DNA of 64,000 nt from an uncultured Alphaproteobacteria bacterium (GCA_964369315.1 CAYJEJ010000003.1:60528-124527), one strand, 5' to 3'. Positions 1 through 9,882 are shown, numbered from the stretch's first letter. Notes: generated by a model not told the origin, from the letters alone. A program made the numbers and translations.

Positions 1-564
1 GGCAATATGACAAAGTCTGAGGTTAAGGAAATTGCTGATAATTTTGGTTATCAAAATGCTTATAAAGAAGAAAGTCAGGACATCTGCTTTTTAAACGGAA
101 AAAAATATAACGATTTAATAAATCCTGAGCCAATGATTGGTGAGATTTTAGATAAACATGAAAATGTTTTAGGTTTTCATAATGGGTTTTGGAATTTTAC
201 GGTCGGTCAAAGGAAAGGGATTATGGTTTCAAATAATCACCCGCTTTATGTCTTAAGCATTGATGCGGACAAAAATTCGATAACAGTAGGTCGGCGTGAG
301 GAACTTGAGTATTTAGATTTTTGCGTTACCGACTTAAATTGGTTAATAGATTTGTCGGACTTACCCAAAGAAGTTGAGGTAAAAACGCGTTATCGACAAC
401 AATCTTGTCCAGCAAAGATTCAGCTCGATGGCGAAAGTGTCCGTGTCAGTCTTGTCAGCAGTGGTTTTGCTTTAAGCTTGGGGCAATGTTGCGTTTTCTA
501 TAATCAGCGGCAGGTCATTGGAGGAGGGGTGATTTCTCACGCTATTGAGCGAAAAAAATCATGA
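1..564 (+). CDS. mnmA: tRNA 2-thiouridine(34) synthase MnmA, C-terminal part (5' end lies outside the window)
   Basis: The reading frame is open to the left edge. The sequence ...KEESQDICFL...FTVGQRKGI...TRYRQ... matches the central and C-terminal barrel regions of MnmA. Confidence 0.8.
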   Translation, partial: GNMTKSEVKEIADNFGYQNAYKEESQDICFLNGKKYNDLINPEPMIGEILDKHENVLGFHNGFWNFTVGQRKGIMVSNNHPLYVLSIDADKNSITVGRREELEYLDFCVTDLNWLIDLSDLPKEVEVKTRYRQQSCPAKIQLDGESVRVSLVSSGFALSLGQCCVFYNQRQVIGGGVISHAIERKKS

Positions 565-661
565 GCTAAAATATTGTTTTAGTAATTAATGTTTCTTATG
601 TTCTCTGAATAGTCTTGAATTTTTTTAATTTTAATATTAACTTTGCTATGGTTGTTTTGAT

Positions 662-738
662 GCGCCCTTAGCTCAGCTGGATAGAGCATCAGCCTTCTAA
701 GCTGGTTGTCGTGGGTTCGAATCCTACAGGGCGCGCCA
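662..738 (+). tRNA. tRNA-Arg (anticodon TCT)
   Basis: Cloverleaf read by eye: acceptor GCGCCCT/AGGGCGC, anticodon loop CTTCTAA, T-loop TTCGAAT, encoded CCA. Confidence 0.9.
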
Positions 739-783
739 TTTTGTGTCTTTTGGCATCGATGTGACGGAGAAAATTCCTTAATT

Positions 784-1347
784 ATGAAAATAGACGGAAA
801 CGCAATTAGAATGGGTATGGTGATTGAACATAAAAATCGCCTATGGTCAGTTGTGAAGACCCAACATGTGAAACCTGGTAAGGGTGGGGCTTATATGCAG
901 GTTGAACTGAAAGACATTAGGTCAGGCGGAAAATTGAACGAGCGTTTTCGTTCAGACGAATCTGTTGAAAGAGTGAGGCTTGAGGAAGCGGAATATCAAT
1001 TCCTGTATAAAGACGGGGATGATTTCGTTTTTATGAATAATGAAACGTTTGAACAACTCAATTTAAATGCTGAACAGGTGGGGTCAAGTGCCGTATATTT
1101 GAAAGAGAATATGGCGATTTCTGTCACCTCTTATGAAGGGGAAGTGATTGGAATAATGCTACCTAGTACGGTTATTATGGAGGTTATGGAGGCTGAACCA
1201 GTAGTGAAGGGGCAGACGGCGACGTCTTCTTATAAACCAGCCATAATTGAAAATGGTGTGCGAGTTTTGGTGCCTCCTCATATTGAGGCGGGGACTAAAA
1301 TCGTTGTAAATACGTCAGACGACTCTTATGTTGAGAGAGCGAAGTAG
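784..1347 (+). CDS. efp: elongation factor P
   Basis: MKIDGNAIRMGMVIEHKNRLWSVVKTQHVKPGKGGAYMQVELKD is a typical EF-P N-terminus. The ORF-track start at 706 overlaps tRNA-Arg, so the in-frame ATG at 784 was chosen. Confidence 0.9.
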   Translation: MKIDGNAIRMGMVIEHKNRLWSVVKTQHVKPGKGGAYMQVELKDIRSGGKLNERFRSDESVERVRLEEAEYQFLYKDGDDFVFMNNETFEQLNLNAEQVGSSAVYLKENMAISVTSYEGEVIGIMLPSTVIMEVMEAEPVVKGQTATSSYKPAIIENGVRVLVPPHIEAGTKIVVNTSDDSYVERAK

Positions 1348-1365
1348 CTGTTCGTAATTTTAACC

Positions 1366-1394
1366 AGTTGTTTTTTCGTCAACAACTTTTTTTT
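1366..1394 (+). terminator. rho-independent terminator after efp
   Basis: Stem AGTTGTT / AACAACT (7 bp) with an 8-nt loop, followed by a run of 7 T. Confidence 0.65.
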
Positions 1395-1410
1395 AGAGGG
1401 TTTTTTATAA

Positions 1411-2184
1411 ATGCGAAGTGTGAATATTCCGCCACTTTCACCGAATATGACCATAATGACTAGGGCAGTTTATAAAGCGTCTAGGCGTTTGATTCGTGAT
1501 TTTGGCGAGCTGGAATATTTACAAGTCTCGCGTAAGGGACCAAAAGACTTTGTAACAAATGCTGACCTTGCGTGTGAAAAAATCTTGATTGAAGAACTGA
1601 AATATGCGAGACCAGATTATGGGTTTTTAACTGAGGAATCTGGTGAAATTAAGGGTCAAGACCCGTCCTATCGTTGGGTGATTGACCCAATAGATGGCAC
1701 GATGAATTTTTTACATGGATTTCCTTTTTGGTGTATTTCCTTAGCACTTGAAAAACATGGTGATGTTATTGCAGGTGTGGTTTTTGACCCAGTGCGAAAT
1801 GATTTGTTTTGGGCTGAAAAGGGGACAGGTGCATTTTTAAACGACCGAAGAATTCGTGTAAATAGCAGGAAAAACGTTGAAGACAGCCTTATTGTTGTCG
1901 ATATAGTAGAACAAGACTTATACGAACATATAAAGAAAAATGCGTCTGCAGTTCGCAAAACTGGTTCAGCGGCATTGAACCTAGTATATGTCGCGTGTGG
2001 TCGGTTTGATGCATATGTCCTTAGCCATCCGATAAATTATTGGGATATTGCGGCGGGTGGATTAATCGTCCGTGAAGCTGGTGGAAGCGTCAGCGATATT
2101 GCAGGTCGTCCGCTAACACAAAAACCAGAGACCATGCTTGCGGGGAATTTAGACTTGCGAGAAAGATTGGTTTCGCTTTTTTAA
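1411..2184 (+). CDS. suhB: inositol monophosphatase family protein (SuhB-like)
   Basis: IMPase motifs WVIDPIDGTMNF and YWDIAAG are present, and the length of 257 aa fits the family. Confidence 0.8.
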   Translation: MRSVNIPPLSPNMTIMTRAVYKASRRLIRDFGELEYLQVSRKGPKDFVTNADLACEKILIEELKYARPDYGFLTEESGEIKGQDPSYRWVIDPIDGTMNFLHGFPFWCISLALEKHGDVIAGVVFDPVRNDLFWAEKGTGAFLNDRRIRVNSRKNVEDSLIVVDIVEQDLYEHIKKNASAVRKTGSAALNLVYVACGRFDAYVLSHPINYWDIAAGGLIVREAGGSVSDIAGRPLTQKPETMLAGNLDLRERLVSLF

Positions 2185-2407
2185 GTTTTATTAAAAATTT
2201 ATCATAGTGGTTTTGGGTTAAAACCTAAAAATTTCCAAAATATACACTACATATACATTCGCTATTTAAAATTGCGAATACAAAAAAATGAAAATACTTC
2301 AGGGATTATTTATATAATATGAATTTATTAATTTTTAGTATAAATATCTGCTTTTTTATTTAAAATAAATATAAAATTTTATCTTTAATTTTTTTCCTCG
2401 TTCTGTT

Positions 2408-2439
2408 AACCTCCGCCTAGTTTTAATATCTTGGAGGTT
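2408..2439 (+). promoter_or_regulatory. possible anti-Shine-Dalgarno hairpin upstream of the thiolase gene
   Basis: AACCTCC (2408-2414) is the exact complement of GGAGGTT (2433-2439). The latter contains the GGAGG Shine-Dalgarno sequence upstream of the GTG start at 2445. Confidence 0.3.
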
Positions 2440-2444
2440 TTTAG

Positions 2445-3626
2445 GTGTCTGAACCTGTTGTCATTGTCTCTTATAGCCGTACTCCCATGGGTGCGTTTAA
2501 AGGATGTTTCTCAACGTTGAGTGCTGTTGAACTGGGTGCCTCTGCAATAAAAGGGTGTTTAAACAAAATATCAACTACCCTAGAATATGACGAAGTTCTG
2601 ATGGGGTGTGTTCTTTCAGCTGGCTTGGGTCAGTCACCAGCAAGGCAATCAGCAATATTGGCAGGCTTGCCAGAGAGCGTTTGTTCCACAACGATAAACA
2701 AGGTTTGCGGCTCAGGGATGCGTTCCATAATGATAGCGTCAGACAGCATTGCCGCTGGCAGTTGCAATATAGCGATAGCAGGTGGGATGGAGAGCATGAC
2801 GAATACGCCATATTTACTTCCGCAGGCACGTTTGGGATATATGTTTGGTCACGGCAAGATAGTTGACCACATGATGAGAGATGGGCTGGAAGATGCCTAT
2901 CTTCCAAACGGCGTTACCATGGGAATGTTGGCTGAAGAAACGGCAGAAATTTATAACTTTAACCGTGCTCAGCAAGATGAATTTGCCCTAAGGTCAGTAA
3001 CATTGGCACAACAATCGGCACAAGAAGGGCGTTTTCTTGATGAAATTACCCCTGTTACTGTAAGAAACAGAAAGGGTGATATCATAGTGGATAAGGATGA
3101 GAACGTCACCCGTGCAATTCCAGAAAAAATAAAAACATTAAAACCTGCTTTCAAAAAAGATGGCACAATCACAGCAGCAAGTGCAAGCTCTATCGCAGAT
3201 GGTGCGGCGGCGTTTGTGCTCATGAAAGAGAGTGTGGCAGAAAAATCTGGTTTAACGCCAATTGCAAAAATATGTGGATATTCGAGCTTTTCGCATGCAC
3301 CAAGAATGTTTACCACTGCTCCAGTTGGTGCCGTCAAAAAACTTATGAAAAAATTAAATTGGCAAATAAAAGATGTGGATTTGTTTGAGATAAATGAAGC
3401 GTTTGCTGTTGTTACCATGGCGACAATTAAAGACTTAGGCTTAGATATCGATAAGGTTAACGTACGTGGGGGTTCTTGTGCGATGGGTCATCCATTGGGT
3501 GCGAGTGGAGCGAGAATTCTTGCGACCCTATTAAATGCCTTAAAATACGGCTTCCTCAAAAAAGGCGTTGCTACCCTGTGTGTGGGTGGTGGTGAGGCAG
3601 TTGCCATGGGCGTTGAATTATATTGA
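2445..3626 (+). CDS. acetyl-CoA C-acetyltransferase (thiolase II)
   Basis: 393 aa with a GTG start. Active-site region NKVCGSGMRSI, C-terminal NEAFA...GGSCAMGHPLGASG...LCVGGGEAVAMGVE. Confidence 0.9.
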   Translation: MSEPVVIVSYSRTPMGAFKGCFSTLSAVELGASAIKGCLNKISTTLEYDEVLMGCVLSAGLGQSPARQSAILAGLPESVCSTTINKVCGSGMRSIMIASDSIAAGSCNIAIAGGMESMTNTPYLLPQARLGYMFGHGKIVDHMMRDGLEDAYLPNGVTMGMLAEETAEIYNFNRAQQDEFALRSVTLAQQSAQEGRFLDEITPVTVRNRKGDIIVDKDENVTRAIPEKIKTLKPAFKKDGTITAASASSIADGAAAFVLMKESVAEKSGLTPIAKICGYSSFSHAPRMFTTAPVGAVKKLMKKLNWQIKDVDLFEINEAFAVVTMATIKDLGLDIDKVNVRGGSCAMGHPLGASGARILATLLNALKYGFLKKGVATLCVGGGEAVAMGVELY

Positions 3627-3689
3627 TATCAGCAATCGCATATTTTGACTTTGCAAATGGTTTTCTTTTAATTAAGATTAAGCCTTTGG

Positions 3690-4751
3690 TTGGAGCTAGT
3701 TTTTTTGATGTGGAAATGGTTTTTATTTCTGATGTGTTTTGTTCTATCGAATTGTGCTAGGGAACAAGAGAATAAGTTTTATATAAACCCAGTTTTAGAA
3801 GATGAAAAATTTTTAGATGAGGTTTCTAAGCTAAACATCACAATATTGGCACCTGCTTCTGGTGTTTCTTCTAGCGAGTTATCAAGGCTCAAGATAACGC
3901 TGGGTCAACATGTTCGTTTTGTTGATGATAAACATTATATAAAAAAAATATCCTTGAAAACCACGTCTTTAACCAAAGTTTTATTATCCGACACATTTGA
4001 ATGCATTGAAAAACACTTTCGTTTAGGGGGGATATTTTGGTCTGCAAAAGGTGGGTATGGCTCATCTTTACTAATTAACGAGCTGAACAAACGCTTTGAA
4101 GAAGGAAAAATAAAAAGCAAAGGCGTTTTAATTGGTTATAGCGACATAACCTCCTTACACTTATTTATGTCTCAAAAGATGGGTTGGATATGTATTCACG
4201 CTCCCAACGCGAATGAGTTAATAAAACCAAACAAAAACCCTGGAAGCTTTAGCAGGCTAATAGAAGTATTATCGGGAAAGTGCAATAAAATCACAATAAA
4301 TATTCAACCAATTAATAACCTTGCAAAAAACACCTCATCTATAGAAGGCAAGCTTACAGGGGGAAACCTCACCCTTATAGAGACTAGCATTGCCACCATT
4401 TGGCAGGTCGATTGTAAGGAGAAAATAGTTTTTATAGAAGACGTTAATTGCCAATGCTATCAAATTTTCAGGTCTCTTAAACATTTACAAGACTCTGGGG
4501 TGTTAGATAAAGCCAAGGCTATTGTGTTTGGCAATTTTTCAATAAAACCAAACGATAAACTTATGGGGTTTTTAAGTGTGTTTTCCAATGATATTGGAAT
4601 TCCAGTTTTTTTGACGGACAGATTTGGTCACGAAGAACACAATGACCCCATAGGTTATAATATCGATGGGGTTATATCAAAAAATGTTGATGACGGAACA
4701 TATAAACTTGAAGTAAACTTTAAAGATACTTTTGTTAAAAAATCAGATTAA
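3690..4751 (+). CDS. LD-carboxypeptidase (peptidase S66 family) with an N-terminal hydrophobic signal
   Basis: GYSDITSLHLF (nucleophile-Ser region), GGNLTL and the FGHEEHNDPIG C-terminal motif are present. The exact start is uncertain. Confidence 0.75.
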   Translation: MELVFLMWKWFLFLMCFVLSNCAREQENKFYINPVLEDEKFLDEVSKLNITILAPASGVSSSELSRLKITLGQHVRFVDDKHYIKKISLKTTSLTKVLLSDTFECIEKHFRLGGIFWSAKGGYGSSLLINELNKRFEEGKIKSKGVLIGYSDITSLHLFMSQKMGWICIHAPNANELIKPNKNPGSFSRLIEVLSGKCNKITINIQPINNLAKNTSSIEGKLTGGNLTLIETSIATIWQVDCKEKIVFIEDVNCQCYQIFRSLKHLQDSGVLDKAKAIVFGNFSIKPNDKLMGFLSVFSNDIGIPVFLTDRFGHEEHNDPIGYNIDGVISKNVDDGTYKLEVNFKDTFVKKSD

Positions 4752-6088
4752 TGGGAACAGAAAGCACAGATAATTTCGTCACCGTCACGCAACTCAGCTT
4801 GAAACTAAAGCAACTGGTTGAAACTAGTTTTGGTGCGTTGAGCGTTCGTGGAGAAATTAGCGGATTAAAAAGACACACATCGGGGCACGTTTATTTTAGT
4901 TTAAAAGATGGTGACAGCGTCATTAGTGCGGTTTGCTGGCGTGGGACGAGATGTAATGCAGACTTAACCGATGGTTTGGAGATAATTTGTTCGGCAAAGG
5001 TAACGACATATCAATTACAATCTAAATATCAATTAGTCGTGACAAGTTTTGTACCCTATGGGCAGGGTGCAATTTTAAAAGTTCTTGAAGACCGTAAGAA
5101 AAAATTGGCAACTGAAGGTCTGTTTGACGCCTCAAATAAGAAAAAACTTCCGTATTTACCCAAGACAATAGGCGTCATCACCTCTCCAACAGGGGCTGTG
5201 ATAAAAGACATTCTTCATCGCGTTTCAGACAGGTTTCCTGTCAGGATTATCCTGTGGGGAGTGCTTGTTCAGGGAGACGGTGCCGCTCAGCAAATCGCAG
5301 ATGGAATTAATGGTTTTAATAATAGGAATATCTTTGATAACGGCTTAAATCCGAGACCAGATGTAATAATTGTTGCACGTGGAGGCGGGAGTTTTGAGGA
5401 TTTGATGCCTTTTAACGAAGAAGTTGTGGTCAGGGCGGTTGCTAAAAGCGAGATTCCTATTATCTCAGGAGTTGGTCATGAAACAGATACGACTTTAATA
5501 GATTATGTCGCAGACATGAGAGCTCCAACCCCAACAGCCGCTGCAGAAATGGCACTACCAGTTAGGGAGAAATTGATTGGAGATGTCTTAGAAGTCGGTC
5601 GCAGGTTGACGAATTCTTTGAAAAATATTTTATCAAGGTTAAATGAAAAACTTATAAACCTTTCAACAAGGGTGCCTTCGACTTGGCAATTTTTGGGAAT
5701 GTCCTCTCAAAAGCTTGATTATATGTCGGATAAAATGAAAAATGCATTTTTAATGAAATATTCGACGTCTAAATTTGCGTTAAGCAGAGTTGAGAGTGTG
5801 TTTTCTAAGAAATTCGAATTTGTTTTTTATGAAAGAAGGTTTAATGAGGGCAATATTAAATTCAATTTCTTATTAAATAATTTTTTAAAAGATGCTAATA
5901 AATCTTTCGAACCTTTACAAAATTTATTGGACAAGCTTTCATTTGAAAACACTCTAAAAAGGGGGTTTTCAATTGTTCAAGCGAAAAACGGTGAGCTCAT
6001 CAGTTCTGTTAAGCAAATGACCAAAGGTGTTGAAGCTACAATAAGTTTCAAAGACGGCAAGGCGGATGTAAAGGTGAGTGAAAATTAG
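4751..6088 (+). CDS. xseA: exodeoxyribonuclease VII large subunit
   Basis: N-terminal OB-fold region VRGEISGLKRHTSGHVYFSLKD, then ARGGGSFEDL and GVGHETD motifs. The start overlaps the preceding stop codon. Confidence 0.9.
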   Translation: MGTESTDNFVTVTQLSLKLKQLVETSFGALSVRGEISGLKRHTSGHVYFSLKDGDSVISAVCWRGTRCNADLTDGLEIICSAKVTTYQLQSKYQLVVTSFVPYGQGAILKVLEDRKKKLATEGLFDASNKKKLPYLPKTIGVITSPTGAVIKDILHRVSDRFPVRIILWGVLVQGDGAAQQIADGINGFNNRNIFDNGLNPRPDVIIVARGGGSFEDLMPFNEEVVVRAVAKSEIPIISGVGHETDTTLIDYVADMRAPTPTAAAEMALPVREKLIGDVLEVGRRLTNSLKNILSRLNEKLINLSTRVPSTWQFLGMSSQKLDYMSDKMKNAFLMKYSTSKFALSRVESVFSKKFEFVFYERRFNEGNIKFNFLLNNFLKDANKSFEPLQNLLDKLSFENTLKRGFSIVQAKNGELISSVKQMTKGVEATISFKDGKADVKVSEN

Positions 6089-6090
6089 TC

Positions 6091-7080
6091 TTATAAAATC
6101 TTGCTGAGGGTTTGCAACGCTAGTTGGCTTTCTCGGTATTTAAGGCTTATTGAGATTTTTAATTTTTGCACGTCTTTTATTTTGTAGTCTATTTTTTCTA
6201 GATTAAGTAGGTGCTTTATTTGATTTAAGACATTTAAGTGACCCTTGCTCATTGAACCAATTAAGCTGATGTGACAATTTTGCTGGTCATGAGCATCTGT
6301 TAAGATTGTGATACCGATGATGTCACTTGATGTCTCTGTGCTAAACTTATCGCTAACAATTGTGCCATCATCATCACTGAAGCTGGATGCAATTCTTATC
6401 AAAACGTTATTTTTCATTGCATATGCCACAGACTGTTCTTGCAGAACTTTCGCACCGCTAGAAGCCATTTCAAGCATTAATTCATAAGAGATATGATAGA
6501 TTTTCTTTGCACTAGGGATTAAACGCGGGTCAATGTTATATACGCCATCTACATCTGTAAAAATGTCACATTTTTCAGCTTTTACTGATTTTGCGATTGC
6601 TACTGCAGTAAGGTCAGAGCCGCCCCGACCTAATGTCGTGACCATTTGAGATGAAGTTACGCCCTGAAAACCAGATATAACAGGCACGACGCCGCCGTTG
6701 ATTATTTTTTTTATATATGTGTCATCAATGCTCAATATTGACGCTGAGCCAAAGATTTCATCAGTTTTTATTGGCACTTGCCATGCGAATAAAACCTTTG
6801 ACTTGATTCCCATTTTACGCAATGCGGCCGCAAATAACCCAGCAGAAATCTGTTCTCCAGCAGAGATAACGGCGTCATATTCTTCATCACCAGCCTTTAT
6901 CCCCATCAGGTTGGATAGGTTGATTAGGTTATTGGTCGTTCCTGCCATAGCAGAGGCAACAACTATTGGTGAAAAGCCATTTTTAATGGCGGAGGAAACT
7001 TTCAAGGCTGCTTTTTTTATTAATTCGGTTGTGCCTAGGGACGTGCCGCCAAATTTTTGTACTATAATTTGTTTGTACAT
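6091..7080 (-). CDS. lysC: aspartate kinase (short form)
   Basis: MYKQIIVQKFGGTS start, with GRGGSDLTA and TDVDGVY motifs. The ORF track extends to 7113, but ATG 7080 gives the canonical N-terminus. The regulatory C-terminus looks shortened. Confidence 0.8.
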   Translation of the reverse strand: MYKQIIVQKFGGTSLGTTELIKKAALKVSSAIKNGFSPIVVASAMAGTTNNLINLSNLMGIKAGDEEYDAVISAGEQISAGLFAAALRKMGIKSKVLFAWQVPIKTDEIFGSASILSIDDTYIKKIINGGVVPVISGFQGVTSSQMVTTLGRGGSDLTAVAIAKSVKAEKCDIFTDVDGVYNIDPRLIPSAKKIYHISYELMLEMASSGAKVLQEQSVAYAMKNNVLIRIASSFSDDDGTIVSDKFSTETSSDIIGITILTDAHDQQNCHISLIGSMSKGHLNVLNQIKHLLNLEKIDYKIKDVQKLKISISLKYRESQLALQTLSKIL

Positions 7081-7232
7081 AACGTTTTTAAAAGTGAACG
7101 AAAAACAAGTCACAGCCTATCATAAAAAGGGTCAACTAAGAACAATAAAGAAAAAATCATAAAAAAATTTTGTTTGCTGAAAAATATATCTAGTAAAAGG
7201 TTCTTTTTTTTGGTAAATATGTCTTGCGGTAT

Positions 7233-7308
7233 TCCTCGGTAGCTCAGTCGGTAGAGCAAGTGGCTGTTAACCACTGGGTCGGCGGTTCGAGTCCGTCCCG
7301 AGGAGCCA
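7233..7308 (+). tRNA. tRNA-Asn (anticodon GTT)
   Basis: Acceptor TCCTCGG/CCGAGGA, anticodon loop CTGTTAA, T-loop TTCGAGT, encoded CCA. Confidence 0.9.
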
Positions 7309-7491
7309 CCTTATTTTCACCTGCCTGTTGTTTTCATATCACTTTTCACTATGAATTAATTTTTTATTTAGCTTTTCAGTTTAATTGTGTTTTTTGTAGT
7401 GTATTTCGGTTAGTATGATTATTAATTACAAAAATTAATAATTTTTGAGTAAATTTATCGCAATATTAAGCTTGATTATAGGACTTATTTT

Positions 7492-8763
7492 ATGACTAAA
7501 ACTTCTGTTGAAGATAAAAATAGTGATGTTTTGTTTTGCTCTTTTTGTGGCAAAAGCCAGCAAGAGGTGAAAAAACTAATAGCAGGTCCTTCGGTTTTTA
7601 TCTGTGATGAATGTGTTGGCGTTTGTAATGAGATAATGACTGAAATAAAAAAAGACCATGTCAGCACATTTCCAACAGGTATCAAAAAACCCCAAGAAAT
7701 CAAGCGTATCTTGGACGATTATATTATAGGGCAGGAGCAAGCGAAAATTATCCTTTCTGTCGCTGTGTATAACCATTATAAGCGTCTTGCCTTTAAAGAT
7801 GTGGGTGATAGCGAGATAGAATTAGCAAAATCTAACATACTCCTCATTGGTCCAACTGGGACGGGCAAAACCCTTTTGGCTCAAACTTTGGCTAAGATTT
7901 TGGATGTTCCTTTTACAATTGCAGACGCAACAACCCTAACTGAAGCTGGCTACGTTGGGGAAGATGTTGAAAATATTATTGTCAGATTGCTTCAGGTTGC
8001 CGACTATAACGTGGAAAAAGCACAAAGAGGGATAGTCTATATAGATGAGATTGATAAAATATCCCGCAAATCTGAAAACCCTTCAATCACTAGGGACGTG
8101 TCTGGCGAGGGGGTTCAACAGGCTCTTTTAAAATTGATGGAGGGCACGATTGCCTCTATCCCGCCACAGGGGGGACGAAAACACCCACAACAAGAATTGC
8201 TTCAGGTTAATACACAAAATATGCTCTTTATTTGTGGTGGAGCTTTTGCGGGTTTGGAAAAAATAATTGCAGAACGATACAATAAATCATCCATAGGTTT
8301 TAGTGCTCAAATAAATAATTTAGCAGATTTAAATGAGCCAGATATTTTTAAAAACGTAGAATCTGGCGATTTATTAAAATTTGGACTAATTCCAGAGTTC
8401 ATTGGAAGACTGCCTGTGGTTGCGACGCTTTCTGACCTAGATGAAAACGCACTCATAGAAATATTGACTACGCCCAAAAATGCCCTTGTTAAGCAATATC
8501 AACAATTGTTTAATATGGAAAATGCTGAGCTTAGTTTTACAGATGAGGCACTTGTTACAGTCGCCCAACAAGCCATTAAGACAAAAACTGGTGCGAGGGG
8601 GCTCTCATCTATAATGGAAAATGCTTTGTTGAAAACGATGTATGACTTACCATCGCAGGAAAACGTTAATAGCGTTAAATTCGACAAATCAGCGATTTTG
8701 GGAGAAACAGAACCAGAAGTTACTTTTTTAAAAAAGGACGATGAAAAAACAATCGTTCATTAG
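7492..8763 (+). CDS. clpX: ATP-dependent Clp protease ATP-binding subunit ClpX
   Basis: Zinc-binding N-terminus [26 protein letters not shown], Walker A GPTGTGKT, and IVYIDEIDK. Confidence 0.95.
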   Translation: MTKTSVEDKNSDVLFCSFCGKSQQEVKKLIAGPSVFICDECVGVCNEIMTEIKKDHVSTFPTGIKKPQEIKRILDDYIIGQEQAKIILSVAVYNHYKRLAFKDVGDSEIELAKSNILLIGPTGTGKTLLAQTLAKILDVPFTIADATTLTEAGYVGEDVENIIVRLLQVADYNVEKAQRGIVYIDEIDKISRKSENPSITRDVSGEGVQQALLKLMEGTIASIPPQGGRKHPQQELLQVNTQNMLFICGGAFAGLEKIIAERYNKSSIGFSAQINNLADLNEPDIFKNVESGDLLKFGLIPEFIGRLPVVATLSDLDENALIEILTTPKNALVKQYQQLFNMENAELSFTDEALVTVAQQAIKTKTGARGLSSIMENALLKTMYDLPSQENVNSVKFDKSAILGETEPEVTFLKKDDEKTIVH

Positions 8764-8902
8764 TCTCATTTTAAGCTTTTTTTAAAACCTCTTTTTATAT
8801 AAGTTTTATTATACAGTTTATTAAGCCAATCTATTAATCTTTGCTATATTTTATGCTATAGTGTTTTAATAAGACTATATAATTATTGTATTGGAGAGCG
8901 AG

Positions 8903-9838
8903 ATGGAGAGGTTACTTGACCCGAAGAACGACTGGGCGTTCAAGCAGTTGTTTGGTCAAGAGAAGAACAAGAAGATATTGATAAGTTTTCTGAACGCGAT
9001 GTTGGAAGGCGTTGAGTCTTTGGTGGTTGATGTGGAGTTTTTGAAAGTTGAAACGGACACAGAGATACAGGCACTGAGGCAAAGCATAGTTGACGTGTTG
9101 TGCAAAGCAGAAGACGGGCGAAGGTTTATAGTCGAGATGCAGAGCTCGTCGGACTCTAGTTTTATTCAGAGGGCAGTTGAATATGCGAGCAGGGTATATT
9201 TAAACCAGCGGACGCGGGCAGCAAAAGAGAGGCACGACGGAGGCGGGAGAAAGGCGGTTTGTCCAGTGATTTTTCTTGCGGTTGTAGAGAAGAAGTTGTT
9301 CAAGGACATAGAGGGATATTTGACGCACCATCGGATACAGGAGGTTGTGACAGGCAGGTGCGAGATTAGGGAGATGTCGTTTTCGTTTTTGGAGCTGTCG
9401 AAGTTTGATAAGGGTTTTGATGAATTGGAGAGCGATGTAGACAGGTGGGCATATTTTTTCAAGCATGCGGACATGGTCTCGCCGGAGAGGTTGAGGGAGA
9501 TATTTGAGAGTAAGACGATATTCGGAGAGGCGTATAAGGAGCTTGAGCGTTCGGGATATTCGCCTGAGCAGTTACTAGAATATGTGAGGTATGAGTTAAA
9601 GGAAGAAGAGATTCAAACCCGCATAACCGACGCCACCCTCAAAGGCGAGAAGAAAGGCAGAGCCGAGGGCGAGAAGAAAGGCAGAGCTGAAGGTGAGAAG
9701 AAAGGCAGAGCCGAGGGTGAGAAGAAAGCAAAAACAGAAACTGCTCGAAATCTTTTATTAATGGGGCTGGGTGATAGCCAAATATCTCAAGCGACAGGCT
9801 TGTCGATTGATGAAATTAGAAGTTTGGGCAAAACGTAA
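8903..9838 (+). CDS. Rpn/YhgA-like PD-(D/E)XK recombination-promoting nuclease / putative transposase
   Basis: N-terminus LLDPKNDWAFKQLFG...ILISFLNAML...DVLCKAEDGRRFIVEMQ is typical of this family. It is visibly more GC-rich than its neighbours. An alternative TTG start lies at 8891. Confidence 0.75.
   Translation: MERLLDPKNDWAFKQLFGQEKNKKILISFLNAMLEGVESLVVDVEFLKVETDTEIQALRQSIVDVLCKAEDGRRFIVEMQSSSDSSFIQRAVEYASRVYLNQRTRAAKERHDGGGRKAVCPVIFLAVVEKKLFKDIEGYLTHHRIQEVVTGRCEIREMSFSFLELSKFDKGFDELESDVDRWAYFFKHADMVSPERLREIFESKTIFGEAYKELERSGYSPEQLLEYVRYELKEEEIQTRITDATLKGEKKGRAEGEKKGRAEGEKKGRAEGEKKAKTETARNLLLMGLGDSQISQATGLSIDEIRSLGKT
9644..9730 (+). repeat. in-frame 24-nt tandem repeat (about 3.6 copies) encoding GEKKGRAE
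   Basis: Units GGCGAGAAGAAAGGCAGAGCCGAG at 9644, 9668 and 9692, plus a partial unit at 9716. Substitutions are mostly third-position. Confidence 0.9.
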
Positions 9839-9882
9839 TAAAATATAGGTGTCAAAGATAAAATAATGAATTTACTCCACCT

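Noticed and set aside
706-783. 5' extension of the efp ORF (MSWVRILQGAPF...)
   Set aside because: The extension overlaps tRNA-Arg. The canonical EF-P N-terminus begins at ATG 784.
7224-7418. 64-aa ORF in the track
   Set aside because: It is simply a translation through tRNA-Asn (7233-7308) and the AT-rich spacer. There is no Shine-Dalgarno sequence and no recognisable protein features.
7418-7442. Perfect 10-bp inverted repeat ATTATTAATT-N5-AATTAATAAT about 50 nt upstream of clpX
   Set aside because: It is composed only of A and T in a very AT-rich spacer, so a chance palindrome is likely. It matches no known operator consensus.
9644-9730. Regular 24-nt direct repeats that could superficially suggest a CRISPR-like array
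   Set aside because: The units are contiguous with no spacers. They are in frame inside the Rpn-like ORF, where they encode GEKKGRAE, and no cas genes are nearby. They form a coding tandem repeat.
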